A stretch of 64,000 nucleotides of DNA, taken from assembly GCA_018373675.1 (NCBI GenBank), contig JAHAGQ010000010.1:1349-65348 (forward strand), in the 5' to 3' direction. Both the position numbers and the translations under genes were made by a program. The notes under the pieces are model-generated. The model made no database searches, was not told the DNA's origin, and saw only the letters and a list, made by a program, of their open reading frames with translations. Source of the stretch: Collinsella sp. Its GTDB lineage: Bacteria; Actinomycetota; Coriobacteriia; Coriobacteriales; Coriobacteriaceae. Every line of letters starts with the position of its first letter. Within the stretch, counting starts at the first letter, position 1. Below, piece after piece: positions 45,391 to 53,727 of the stretch.

Positions 45391-46857
45391 TTAGAGAGAT
45401 TTGATACGAGTGCCGGCGGCGGTATCTTCAATCGTCAGGCCCAGGTCCTTGAGCTGATCACGGATGGCATCTGCCAGATCCCAGTTCTTGGCGGCACGAG
45501 CCTCGGCACGAGCCTCGAGAATCTTGGCAGCGGCCTCGTCCACGTCGTCGCCCGTGTAGGCAACCAAACCGGCGGCAACGCCCAGCAGGCCCAGCGGCAA
45601 CTCGACCTTGGGCTCGGGAAGCTCAACGCCAAACGTATCGAGCAGCTCGGCCAGCGTATCGGCGGCAGCCAGGGCTGCGGCCTTGTCGGCAGCATCGCCC
45701 GCCTGCTCCAGATACTGATTGCACTCGGTGACAAAGCCAAAGACAGCACCCATGGCACCGGCGGTGTTAAAGTCGTCGTCCATGCACTCCTTAAAGGCGG
45801 CGCGGGTCTCGGCGGCCTTGGCGGAAAACGCCTCGGCGGCACCCGCATCGGCATCGGCCGTCGCATGGTTCGCAGCCCAACGAAGGTTCTCGACCGTACC
45901 GGCAATACGCGTGAGTGAGTTCTCGGCACCCTCCAGGCGCTCCCAGGAGAAGTCGAGCGGCGAGCGATAGCTCGTCTGCAGCATCAACAGGCGCAGGGCC
46001 GCGGCAGAGTGCTGCTCGAGCACCTCGGCCAGCGTAAAGAAGTTTCCGAGCGACTTGGACATCTTCTCGCCGTCAACCAGCAGCATGCCCGTGTGCATCC
46101 AGGTGTTGGAGAAGCCCTGGTGCCAGGCGCAGGTGGCCTGGGCGCACTCGTTCTCGTGATGCGGGAAGGCAAGGTCGGAGCCGCCGCCGTGGATGTCAAT
46201 CGGGGTGCCCAGGTAGCGGTGTACCATGGCGGCGCACTCGGTGTGCCAACCGGGACGGCCCTCGCCCCAGGGGCTCGGCCAGCTGGGCTCGCCGGGCTTG
46301 GCGGCCTTCCACAGGGCAAAGTCGAGCGGGTCGTTCTTGTCCTCGTTCTCCTCGATGCGCGCACCCACCATAAGGTCATCGATGTTGCGGCCCGAGACCT
46401 GACCATAGTTGGGATCGCTGCGCACGGCAAAGTACACGTCGCCGTTATCGGCGGCGTAAGCGTGGCCCTGCTCGATGAGCGTCTTGATCATGGCGATCAT
46501 GGGACCGATCTCCTTGGTGGCGCGGGGGCGCACATCGGGATCGAGCACGTTGGCGGCGCGCATGACGCCGATGAACTTGTCGGAGAACTCCGTCGCGACC
46601 TCGGCGGCAGTGCGGCCCTGCTCGTTGGCGCGCTTGATGATCTTGTCATCGACATCGGTGAGGTTCTGGGCGAACGTGACCTCGTAGCCGCTCGCGATGA
46701 GCCAGCGACGAATCACGTCAAAGCTGATGAACGTGCGGGCATTGCCGATGTGGATGTTGTCGTAGACCGTGGGGCCGCACACATACATGCGGACCTTGCC
46801 GGACTCGATGGGCTGGAACTCTTCCTTTTTATGGGTAGCGCTGTTGTAGATACGCAT
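45391..46857 (-). CDS. cysS: Cysteine--tRNA ligase
   Basis: 488 aa; YVCGPTVYD...HIGNAR (HIGH) and KMSKS motifs. Confidence 0.92.
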   Translation of the reverse strand: MRIYNSATHKKEEFQPIESGKVRMYVCGPTVYDNIHIGNARTFISFDVIRRWLIASGYEVTFAQNLTDVDDKIIKRANEQGRTAAEVATEFSDKFIGVMRAANVLDPDVRPRATKEIGPMIAMIKTLIEQGHAYAADNGDVYFAVRSDPNYGQVSGRNIDDLMVGARIEENEDKNDPLDFALWKAAKPGEPSWPSPWGEGRPGWHTECAAMVHRYLGTPIDIHGGGSDLAFPHHENECAQATCAWHQGFSNTWMHTGMLLVDGEKMSKSLGNFFTLAEVLEQHSAAALRLLMLQTSYRSPLDFSWERLEGAENSLTRIAGTVENLRWAANHATADADAGAAEAFSAKAAETRAAFKECMDDDFNTAGAMGAVFGFVTECNQYLEQAGDAADKAAALAAADTLAELLDTFGVELPEPKVELPLGLLGVAAGLVAYTGDDVDEAAAKILEARAEARAAKNWDLADAIRDQLKDLGLTIEDTAAGTRIKSL

Positions 46858-46860
46858 TCG

Positions 46861-47355
46861 TTACTCCTTAACGGTTTTCTGTAGCAGGCAAACGGCCCAG
46901 GCGCCGATTCCCTCGCCCTGGCCTTCCCAACCGAGCTTTTCGGTCGTAGTGGCGGCGACGCCCACGTTTTCGACGTCAACGCCCAGGGCATGGGCAAGGT
47001 TGGCGCGCATGGCATCGCGATGCGGGGTGATCTTAGGCTGCTGGCAGGCAATGGTGCAGTCGGCATCGACAAACTCAAAGCCCAGCTCACGCGCATAGTC
47101 CATTACGCGGGCAAGCAGCACCATCGAGTCGGCGCCCTCGTAGGCAGGGTCGGTATCGGGGAATAGCTTGCCGATGTCTCCCCCGCGGCAGGCGCCCAGA
47201 ATGGCGTCGGCCAAGGCGTGCGCGAGCACATCAGCATCCGAGTGGCCCAGCAGGCCGCGCTCGTAGGGAATGTCGACACCGCCGATGATACATCGACGCC
47301 CCTCCACCAGACGGTGAACGTCGTAGCCATGGCCAATGCGCAGGTTACTGAACAT
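46861..47355 (-). CDS. ispF: 2-C-methyl-D-erythritol 2,4-cyclodiphosphate synthase
   Basis: MFSNLRIGHGYDVHRL...GHSDADVLAHAL... Start at ATG 47355; the track over-extends to 47388. Confidence 0.9.
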   Translation of the reverse strand: MFSNLRIGHGYDVHRLVEGRRCIIGGVDIPYERGLLGHSDADVLAHALADAILGACRGGDIGKLFPDTDPAYEGADSMVLLARVMDYARELGFEFVDADCTIACQQPKITPHRDAMRANLAHALGVDVENVGVAATTTEKLGWEGQGEGIGAWAVCLLQKTVKE

Positions 47356-48073
47356 GGGGAAGGTCCTCTCCCTCGGCCATGCGGCCAAGCAGAATCGCGG
47401 TTACGGGACGCAGGTCCTCGGGCACCGTCACCTTAAGGTTATCGCGTGGGCTCTGGACGCAGCGGACGCGCCCACCCATGCGCTCGACCAGCGACGAATC
47501 ATCGGTACCGATAAAGCCCTCGGCAATGGCTGCAGCGTGGGCGCGCTTCATAGCATCGACGCTAAAGATCTGCGGCGTCTGCGCTGCCCAGTAGAGCTCA
47601 CGCGGCGGCGTCTCGACGATATTATCGCCGTCAACGATCTTGAGCGTGTCGATCGCGGGCTGACCGCACACGACACCGTCGAGGGCACGGTCGCTCACGA
47701 GCACGTCGATAGCGTGGTCGATGGCCTCGGTCGTAATGAGCGGACGAGCGCCGTCGTGGATGGCGACATATTCGAAACCCGCCGGAACCGCATGCACGCC
47801 GGCACGGGTGGAATCCTGACGGGTATCGCCGGCATCGGCAAAGCTGATGGGCGTGTCATAGTCAAACGGGTCGATGGCCAGGCGGCGCATCTCGGCACGG
47901 CGCTCGGCAGGGCAAACCACGACGATATGGCCGACCTTATCGCTACGATCGAACGCGCGGATGGACCAGCTCATGAGCGGACGGCCCGCCACATTAACGA
48001 GCTGCTTGCCGCCGGGATTTCCAAAGCGCTGGCCGCTGCCGCCGGCAACGACCACGGCGCATACGGGCGCCAT
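47345..48073 (-). CDS. ispD: 2-C-methyl-D-erythritol 4-phosphate cytidylyltransferase
   Basis: AVVVAGGSGQRFG...KQ is the cytidylyltransferase N-terminus. The gene overlaps the ispF start, and its ATG overlaps the disA stop (TAATG). Confidence 0.85.
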   Translation of the reverse strand: MAPVCAVVVAGGSGQRFGNPGGKQLVNVAGRPLMSWSIRAFDRSDKVGHIVVVCPAERRAEMRRLAIDPFDYDTPISFADAGDTRQDSTRAGVHAVPAGFEYVAIHDGARPLITTEAIDHAIDVLVSDRALDGVVCGQPAIDTLKIVDGDNIVETPPRELYWAAQTPQIFSVDAMKRAHAAAIAEGFIGTDDSSLVERMGGRVRCVQSPRDNLKVTVPEDLRPVTAILLGRMAEGEDLPHVQ

Positions 48074-49140
48074 TATGCGTTCCCCTGTTTGGTGCCCTTC
48101 ATGCGGTACAGCGAGTCCGCAAGAATGGCAGGGTTGTTGACGCCAAAGTCGCCCAAGCGCTCCGGATCCTCGCTGATGTCGTCCATGAGCTCCTGCAGCG
48201 AGCCGTACTCGTCGACGATCTTCTCGGCCACGCCGTCGCGCACGACGGACACGCGCGAAAGCGTGCGCAGGCCCAGCGGCGTCATGACGGAGTCCTCGTC
48301 CAGGTCGTCGTAACCCAGAACTGCCGCCACGTGCTGCGGGTCGGACAGGTCCTTAGGCGTCATGCGGCTCAGCTCGGCGCGGATCTTCTCGGCGTTTGCC
48401 TCGGAGGAATCGCTTGCGTAGTCGCGGATCATCAAGTCGTATTCGGTATCCATGCTGGAGCCCGCGAGCTGCTCGAGCTGCATCTGCACGAGCTTGCCCT
48501 GGTTGCCCAGCTTGACAATGCAATCCTTAAGCTCGGTCTTTGCCTGCTGCATGATCTCGAAGCTCGAGAAAATACCGGTAATGTCGGCGAGCGTGACGTA
48601 GTCGTCGAGCTCGAGGGCCGTCAGGCGCAGCAGGGAGCGGTCGAGCGACTGACGGGTAGTCTGGAGCGTGGCGACGAGCTGGTTGACCGAGCTCATGATG
48701 GTGGTGACGGGCTGGATCTCGTAGCTCTTGCCGTGAACGTACACGTTAACGACGGCGCGACGAGCCGAAACCGAGATCACGATGGCGTCGGTGAGCACCG
48801 ACATGCGAGCGGCAGTACGGTGACGCATGCCCGTCTCACTCGTGGCAAGCGAGGGATCGGGATTGAGGTGGAAGTTGGCGCGCAGGATCTGGGTGAGGTC
48901 GCCATCGATAACGATGGCACCGTCCATCTTGGAAAGCTCGAACAGGCGGTTCGAGGTAAACGAAATGTTGAGCGGGAAGCCGTCGTTACCGGCAGCGAGC
49001 ACGTTTTCGGTGTCGCCGACGCAGATAAGGGCACCCAGGTGACCGGCAATGATCATGTCGAGGGCGGTGCGGATCGGCTGGCCAGGTGCCGTCAGGCGAA
49101 TGGCCTGTTCCATACGCTTTTGCAGCTCGTTCTTATCCAA
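48073..49140 (-). CDS. disA: DNA integrity scanning protein DisA (diadenylate cyclase)
   Basis: DAC domain (DGAIVIDGD...RHRTAARMS), a linker and a C-terminal HhH. Conserved position upstream of ispD. Confidence 0.85.
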   Translation of the reverse strand: MDKNELQKRMEQAIRLTAPGQPIRTALDMIIAGHLGALICVGDTENVLAAGNDGFPLNISFTSNRLFELSKMDGAIVIDGDLTQILRANFHLNPDPSLATSETGMRHRTAARMSVLTDAIVISVSARRAVVNVYVHGKSYEIQPVTTIMSSVNQLVATLQTTRQSLDRSLLRLTALELDDYVTLADITGIFSSFEIMQQAKTELKDCIVKLGNQGKLVQMQLEQLAGSSMDTEYDLMIRDYASDSSEANAEKIRAELSRMTPKDLSDPQHVAAVLGYDDLDEDSVMTPLGLRTLSRVSVVRDGVAEKIVDEYGSLQELMDDISEDPERLGDFGVNNPAILADSLYRMKGTKQGNA

Positions 49141-49295
49141 GGCATCGCTCCCATCGTATACGCTCCATAAACGTCAATAAGTTTCTCACGGTTTGCCCCT
49201 GTGACGCCCGCAAAATCCGATGCTTACAGAATGAGCGAACACAGCTGAGAGCCCCAATCCAAATGAGCTGCTTATGTGGTAGCATCGGGATTCGC

Positions 49296-49436
49296 ATAAA
49301 TGAGGGAGTAGTCGCGTGACCGGGTTCGCCTCCGGTGGCGCGGCAAGTCAACATACTGGCCGATGCGGTCTGGCTTGCCTTAATGAACGAGACTCGTGGC
49401 TGTGCGCACAACGCGTACGCCACGGGTCTTTTTGTT
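49296..49436 (+). ncRNA. Putative yybP-ykoY (Mn2+) riboswitch with a terminator expression platform
   Basis: GAGGGAGUAG and GUCAACAUAC conserved-loop-like sequences with CUUGCC...GAGAC elements, followed by CGTGGC...GCCACG and GGTCTTTTTG. Lies directly upstream of mntP. Confidence 0.5.
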
Positions 49437-49486
49437 ACTCCCCCAAGAGGTACACGCGGGCCCGCCCGCAGAAAGGGAGCCAGACT

Positions 49487-50071
49487 ATGGGACTCGCAGA
49501 GCTCGTATTGCTCGCTATCGGCCTTTCGATGGACGCCTTTGCCGTATCCATCTGCAAGGGCCTTGGCATGAAGAAGATCAACCTTAAGGTCGCCGTAGTG
49601 CTCGGCCTGTTCTTTGGCGGCTTCCAGGCCGGCATGCCCGTAATCGGATGGGCGCTCGGCAGTCAATTCATGAGCATCATCGGACCCATCGACCATTGGA
49701 TCGCCTTTATCCTTTTGGCCTTTATCGGCGGCAAAATGCTGTGGGAGGCCTTTACCGAAGACGAGGATGAGGACGAGAGCGACGGCAAGGATGCCGAAAA
49801 GATTGACCTGGGTGAGTACCTGATTCTGGCTATCGCCACCTCAATCGACGCCCTGGCCGTGGGCATCTCATTTGCTGCGCTCTCGGTTGACATCGTTCCC
49901 GCTGTATCGCTTATCGGAGTCACAACGTTTATCTTCTCCGTCGCCGGCGTAGCGATCGGCCACACCTTTGGCGAGCGCTACGAAAAACCCGCCACCATCG
50001 TGGGCGGCGTCGTGCTCATCCTCATCGGCCTCAAGATTTTGCTGGAGCACCTGGGGATTTTGGTGCTGTAA
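49487..50071 (+). CDS. mntP: Manganese efflux pump MntP
   Basis: MGLAELVLLAIGLSMDAFAVS... Two DUF204 repeats are separated by an acidic loop. RBS AGGGAG. Confidence 0.85.
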   Translation: MGLAELVLLAIGLSMDAFAVSICKGLGMKKINLKVAVVLGLFFGGFQAGMPVIGWALGSQFMSIIGPIDHWIAFILLAFIGGKMLWEAFTEDEDEDESDGKDAEKIDLGEYLILAIATSIDALAVGISFAALSVDIVPAVSLIGVTTFIFSVAGVAIGHTFGERYEKPATIVGGVVLILIGLKILLEHLGILVL

Positions 50072-50097
50072 AACACCCTTCAAAACTAAACGTCCGT

Positions 50098-50178
50098 ATG
50101 AGGCCTCATGCAGAGTTTTGCATGAGGCCTTTTCATGCAGACTTTTGCATGTCATACTGATATGCAAAAGTCTGCACG
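50098..50178. promoter_or_regulatory. Operator-like array of palindromes and direct repeats upstream of hipB
   Basis: 12-bp perfect palindrome ATGAGGCCTCAT. Direct repeats TCATGCAGAGTTTTGCATG and TCATGCAGACTTTTGCATG. Inverted repeat GCAGACTTTTGCAT/ATGCAAAAGTCTGC. Confidence 0.5.
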
Positions 50179-50191
50179 TTAGGAGATCGCC

Positions 50192-50623
50192 GTGGATATC
50201 CTTCCCATCACCACGCCGCGCCAAGCCGGCATCTACGTGCGTCAGGCGCGCGAGGCGCAGGGGATCACCCGTGCCGCCCTCGCTAAAAAAGCCGGTGTTT
50301 CGGAACGCCTGCTCGCATCGCTCGAGCTAGGAGACGCCACCGGCATTCGACTCGACAAGTTGCTGACCGTCTTTAACGCACTCGGCATTGGTCTCTTCGC
50401 GCAAAGCGATAACGACTCCATCGCATCGCCCTCCGAACATCCGACGACGATAGTGAACCTCCCTATCGCGAACTCGAATACCCTGCCAAAGCCAAGCGCA
50501 GGCAGACGACCCACTCGACAAGGAACGCCATCTTCCTATGGTGCCTTGCTGGCCCAAATCGCAGCCGAGCAAGGCCTTTCCGGCACTTCAAACCTCTCCT
50601 TTGGCTGCAAGGTTGTGAAATAA
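50192..50623 (+). CDS. hipB: HipB-like XRE-family HTH antitoxin
   Basis: GTG start with RBS AGGAG. HTH reads GITRAALAKKAGVSERLLASLE. Long disordered C-terminal tail. The stop abuts the hipA ATG. Confidence 0.75.
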   Translation: MDILPITTPRQAGIYVRQAREAQGITRAALAKKAGVSERLLASLELGDATGIRLDKLLTVFNALGIGLFAQSDNDSIASPSEHPTTIVNLPIANSNTLPKPSAGRRPTRQGTPSSYGALLAQIAAEQGLSGTSNLSFGCKVVK

Positions 50624-51928
50624 ATGGCAGAGATGGAGCTCGCGACCCTCATTTGTGGCGAAATCGCCGGCACTCTCCGCCAAGACGAGCATGGACTCTG
50701 CAGCTTTGCATACGCCCCAACCTATCGCGGAGCACCGTTATCGCTAACAATGCCGCTTTCCAATCGCACGTATGGCCATAGCATCGTCCGCCCGTTCCTA
50801 TTTGGCCTTTTGCCCGACAGTCAAGAGCAGCGTCGCGCTATTGCCACCGAGCATGATGTTGCATCCAACAACCCCGTCGCCCTCTTGTGCCATATCGGTC
50901 TAGACTGCGCGGGGGCCGTTCAGTTTTGTCGAGCCGATCAATTAGACGCCGCCCGCGGCAGGGTCTCGGCATACCGCCCGCTTACCAATTCTCAAATCGC
51001 TCACAAGCTCAAAGCAATTCGCGATGACGAAAGAGAGACATGGATGGGCTCCAACGAAAGCTGGTCCCTGGGCGGCAATCAAGGCAAATTTGCACTAGCT
51101 TGGCATGATGGCCAATGGTGCGAATGTCTAGGGTCATCCCCCACTACCCATATCTTCAAAAATGGTGTCGTTGGGTTCAAACATCAGGCCTTAAACGAAT
51201 TCGTCTGCATGAAAACGGCTCGGCGTGTTGGCATTCCAACTGCCAACGTCTCCTATTACACATTTGAAGACGAAGCCGCGCTCGTCGTTGAACGGTACGA
51301 CAGAATGGTCAATAGCAGCGGAAATATCGAAAGGCTGCATCAGGAGGACTTTTGCCAGGCGCTCGGTGTATTGCCAATCCAGAAATACACCGCCGACGGA
51401 GGACCAACTACACGAGACATCCAAGAACGACTGATTAACACAGTCCCCCACCACATGAATCTTGTGCTTTTTACCTATATGTTGTTCTATAACGCCATTA
51501 TCGGAGCGCCTGACGCACACGCTAAAAACTACTCGCTCATCCTTGGCAAAGGCACAAACGCGGCGCTCGCACCCATGTACGATGTCGCATCGGGGCTGGC
51601 ATACGAGCGCATGCGCCGCCGGGCGCGCCTTGCCATGAGCGTTGGCGGCGAAAATCGTGTGGGGCGCATCGGTCCAGGCGCTATCCGCCGATACCACGGT
51701 ATGGGCGACCCCGCGCTGGAGGCGGCACTCACCGATGCCGGGCTATCCGAGAAGTTTTGCTTTGCGACCATGATGGACCTCGCCTACGAGGTGCCCATTT
51801 GCATGGAAGAGGTCATGGACGAATACGCCGACCTGCCCGGCATGGCGGACCTGCGCGAGCATATGCTCGGCCCCGTCCGCGAAAACTGCCAGCGCACCCT
51901 CGACCTCATCAAGGCAGAAATGGACTAG
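50624..51928 (+). CDS. hipA: HipA-family Ser/Thr kinase toxin
   Basis: 434 aa; SLGGNQGKFAL, HQEDFCQALG and DAHAKNYSL motifs of HipA. Coupled to hipB. Confidence 0.85.
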   Translation: MAEMELATLICGEIAGTLRQDEHGLCSFAYAPTYRGAPLSLTMPLSNRTYGHSIVRPFLFGLLPDSQEQRRAIATEHDVASNNPVALLCHIGLDCAGAVQFCRADQLDAARGRVSAYRPLTNSQIAHKLKAIRDDERETWMGSNESWSLGGNQGKFALAWHDGQWCECLGSSPTTHIFKNGVVGFKHQALNEFVCMKTARRVGIPTANVSYYTFEDEAALVVERYDRMVNSSGNIERLHQEDFCQALGVLPIQKYTADGGPTTRDIQERLINTVPHHMNLVLFTYMLFYNAIIGAPDAHAKNYSLILGKGTNAALAPMYDVASGLAYERMRRRARLAMSVGGENRVGRIGPGAIRRYHGMGDPALEAALTDAGLSEKFCFATMMDLAYEVPICMEEVMDEYADLPGMADLREHMLGPVRENCQRTLDLIKAEMD

Positions 51929-51959
51929 GTGGCCTTAATTTCGCAATTATCAAACAAAA

Positions 51960-52000
51960 GAGAGGGGACACCCGTCGCAAAAGACCGGGTGCCCCCTCTC
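51960..52000. terminator. Bidirectional terminator between hipA and pepD
   Basis: 15-bp stem GAGAGGGGACACCCG/CGGGTGCCCCCTCTC with a T-run on the minus strand. Confidence 0.6.
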
Positions 52001-52055
52001 ATAATGTCATTTGCAATCCGCTAGCACGTGGCTCGGACTGCTGCTAGCGCAACCT

Positions 52056-53513
52056 TTACGCAGCGAGGCGCTTGAGGACGTCGATGAGCAGCTCGTAGAA
52101 GCGCTCGGCAGAAGCGAGCTCCATGCTCTCGTCCGGGGTATGGACATCGGAGAGCGTCGGGCCCACGGCGATGGCGTCCAGGCCGTGCAGAGCCTCGGCA
52201 AACAGGCCGCACTCAAGGCCGGCGTGAATGGACTCGATGCGCAGCTCGGAGCCAAAGAGCTCTCGATAGCTCTCGACAAAGACTTCGCGGACCGGCGAAT
52301 GCTCGGCATAGCTCCAGCCGGGATACTCGAACTCAAACTTGGCGTCGAAGCCCAGGACATCGGCAAGCGTCTGCAGGCGGTCCTTGAACTCGTTCTGCAG
52401 CGAGGTGATCGAGGAGCGCGGGGACAGCATAATCTTGACCTCGTCATCGGAGGTGGCGACCACGCCGATGTTGGAGGAAACCTCGACGGAGCCGTCGGTG
52501 GCGACGTTGCGGCGAATCACGCCGTTAGGGGCAAGACGCAGGGCGCGGATGAGGGCAAGCGCGGACTTCTCGTCCATGGCCTCGACCTCGGCGTCGTCGG
52601 CAATCTCGACGGTGCAGGTAAAGCCGGGGTCGAAGACCTCGAGCTCGGCAGTGACGTCGGCGATGATGCCCTTTGCGATCTGGGCCGCGGCCTCGGCGGC
52701 AGCGTGATCGGCATAGACCAGAACGGCCTTGCACTCACGGTTGATGGCGTTGTCCTTGGTGCCGCCGTTGAAGCTGACGATGGCGGGCTCGCCGGCGACC
52801 ATCAGGCGGTCGATGATGCGGGCCATGATGAGGTTTCCGTTGCCGCGCTCCAGGTTGATATCACTGCCGGAGTGGCCGCCCAACAGACCGGAAATGTCGA
52901 GCGTGAGGGTGCTACCGGTCTTGTGCTCGCGCACGATGGGGCAGGTGTAGGTAACGACGACGCCGCCGGCGCAGCTGACGGTGGCAACGCCCTCCTCCTC
53001 GGAGTCGAGGTTGATCATGGTGCGGGCGCTGATCTGGGACTTGTCGAGCGTCTCGGCGCCAACCAGGCCGGTCTCCTCGTCGGTGGTGAACACGCACTCG
53101 AGGGCCGGATGGGCAATCGAATCGTCGTTGAGCACAGTAAGCATAAGCGCGACGGCGATACCATTGTCGGCGCCCAGGGTGGTGCCGTTGGCGGTAAGGA
53201 CGCCGTCCTTGACGACCAGGTCGATACCATCGGTCGTAAAGTCGTGCTCAACGGAGCCCAACTTGTCGCACACCATATCGATGTGGCCCTGCAGCATCAC
53301 GGTCGGGGCATTCTCGGCGCCGGCAGATGCGGGCTTGCGAATGATGACGTTGTAGACCTCGTCCTGATACACATCGAGACCGCGCTCCTTGGCAAACGCG
53401 ACCAGGAAATCGCTGATGCCCTTCTCGTTGCCAGACCCACGGGGGATCGCGCTGACCTCCTCAAAGAAATGGAACAGCTGGGCGGGCTCGTAGCCGGTAA
53501 TCTTGTAGTCCAT
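52056..53513 (-). CDS. pepD: Aminoacyl-histidine dipeptidase (M20 family, PepD-like)
   Basis: MDYKITGYEPAQLFHFFEEVSAIPRGSGNE...LQGHIDMV... Start at ATG 53513; the track over-extends to 53618. Confidence 0.85.
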   Translation of the reverse strand: MDYKITGYEPAQLFHFFEEVSAIPRGSGNEKGISDFLVAFAKERGLDVYQDEVYNVIIRKPASAGAENAPTVMLQGHIDMVCDKLGSVEHDFTTDGIDLVVKDGVLTANGTTLGADNGIAVALMLTVLNDDSIAHPALECVFTTDEETGLVGAETLDKSQISARTMINLDSEEEGVATVSCAGGVVVTYTCPIVREHKTGSTLTLDISGLLGGHSGSDINLERGNGNLIMARIIDRLMVAGEPAIVSFNGGTKDNAINRECKAVLVYADHAAAEAAAQIAKGIIADVTAELEVFDPGFTCTVEIADDAEVEAMDEKSALALIRALRLAPNGVIRRNVATDGSVEVSSNIGVVATSDDEVKIMLSPRSSITSLQNEFKDRLQTLADVLGFDAKFEFEYPGWSYAEHSPVREVFVESYRELFGSELRIESIHAGLECGLFAEALHGLDAIAVGPTLSDVHTPDESMELASAERFYELLIDVLKRLAA

Positions 53514-53727
53514 GGTGCCTCCTTGGCGCAACTGGTTAGACAGTAAGACATGCGACTTGTATATTCCCAGACTTTGCGTGCATAAACCAGTCGAAAACGC
53601 CGAGCGCCCTCGCATCATCGGCTAACGGTGGACCGTATAGCGTAACGGTCACAACTTCCGCAGCTCTACAAATCGAGGCGCCCTTTCCGGAGCGCCTCGA
53701 TTGCGCGTATCAAATTGTCGCCACGCC

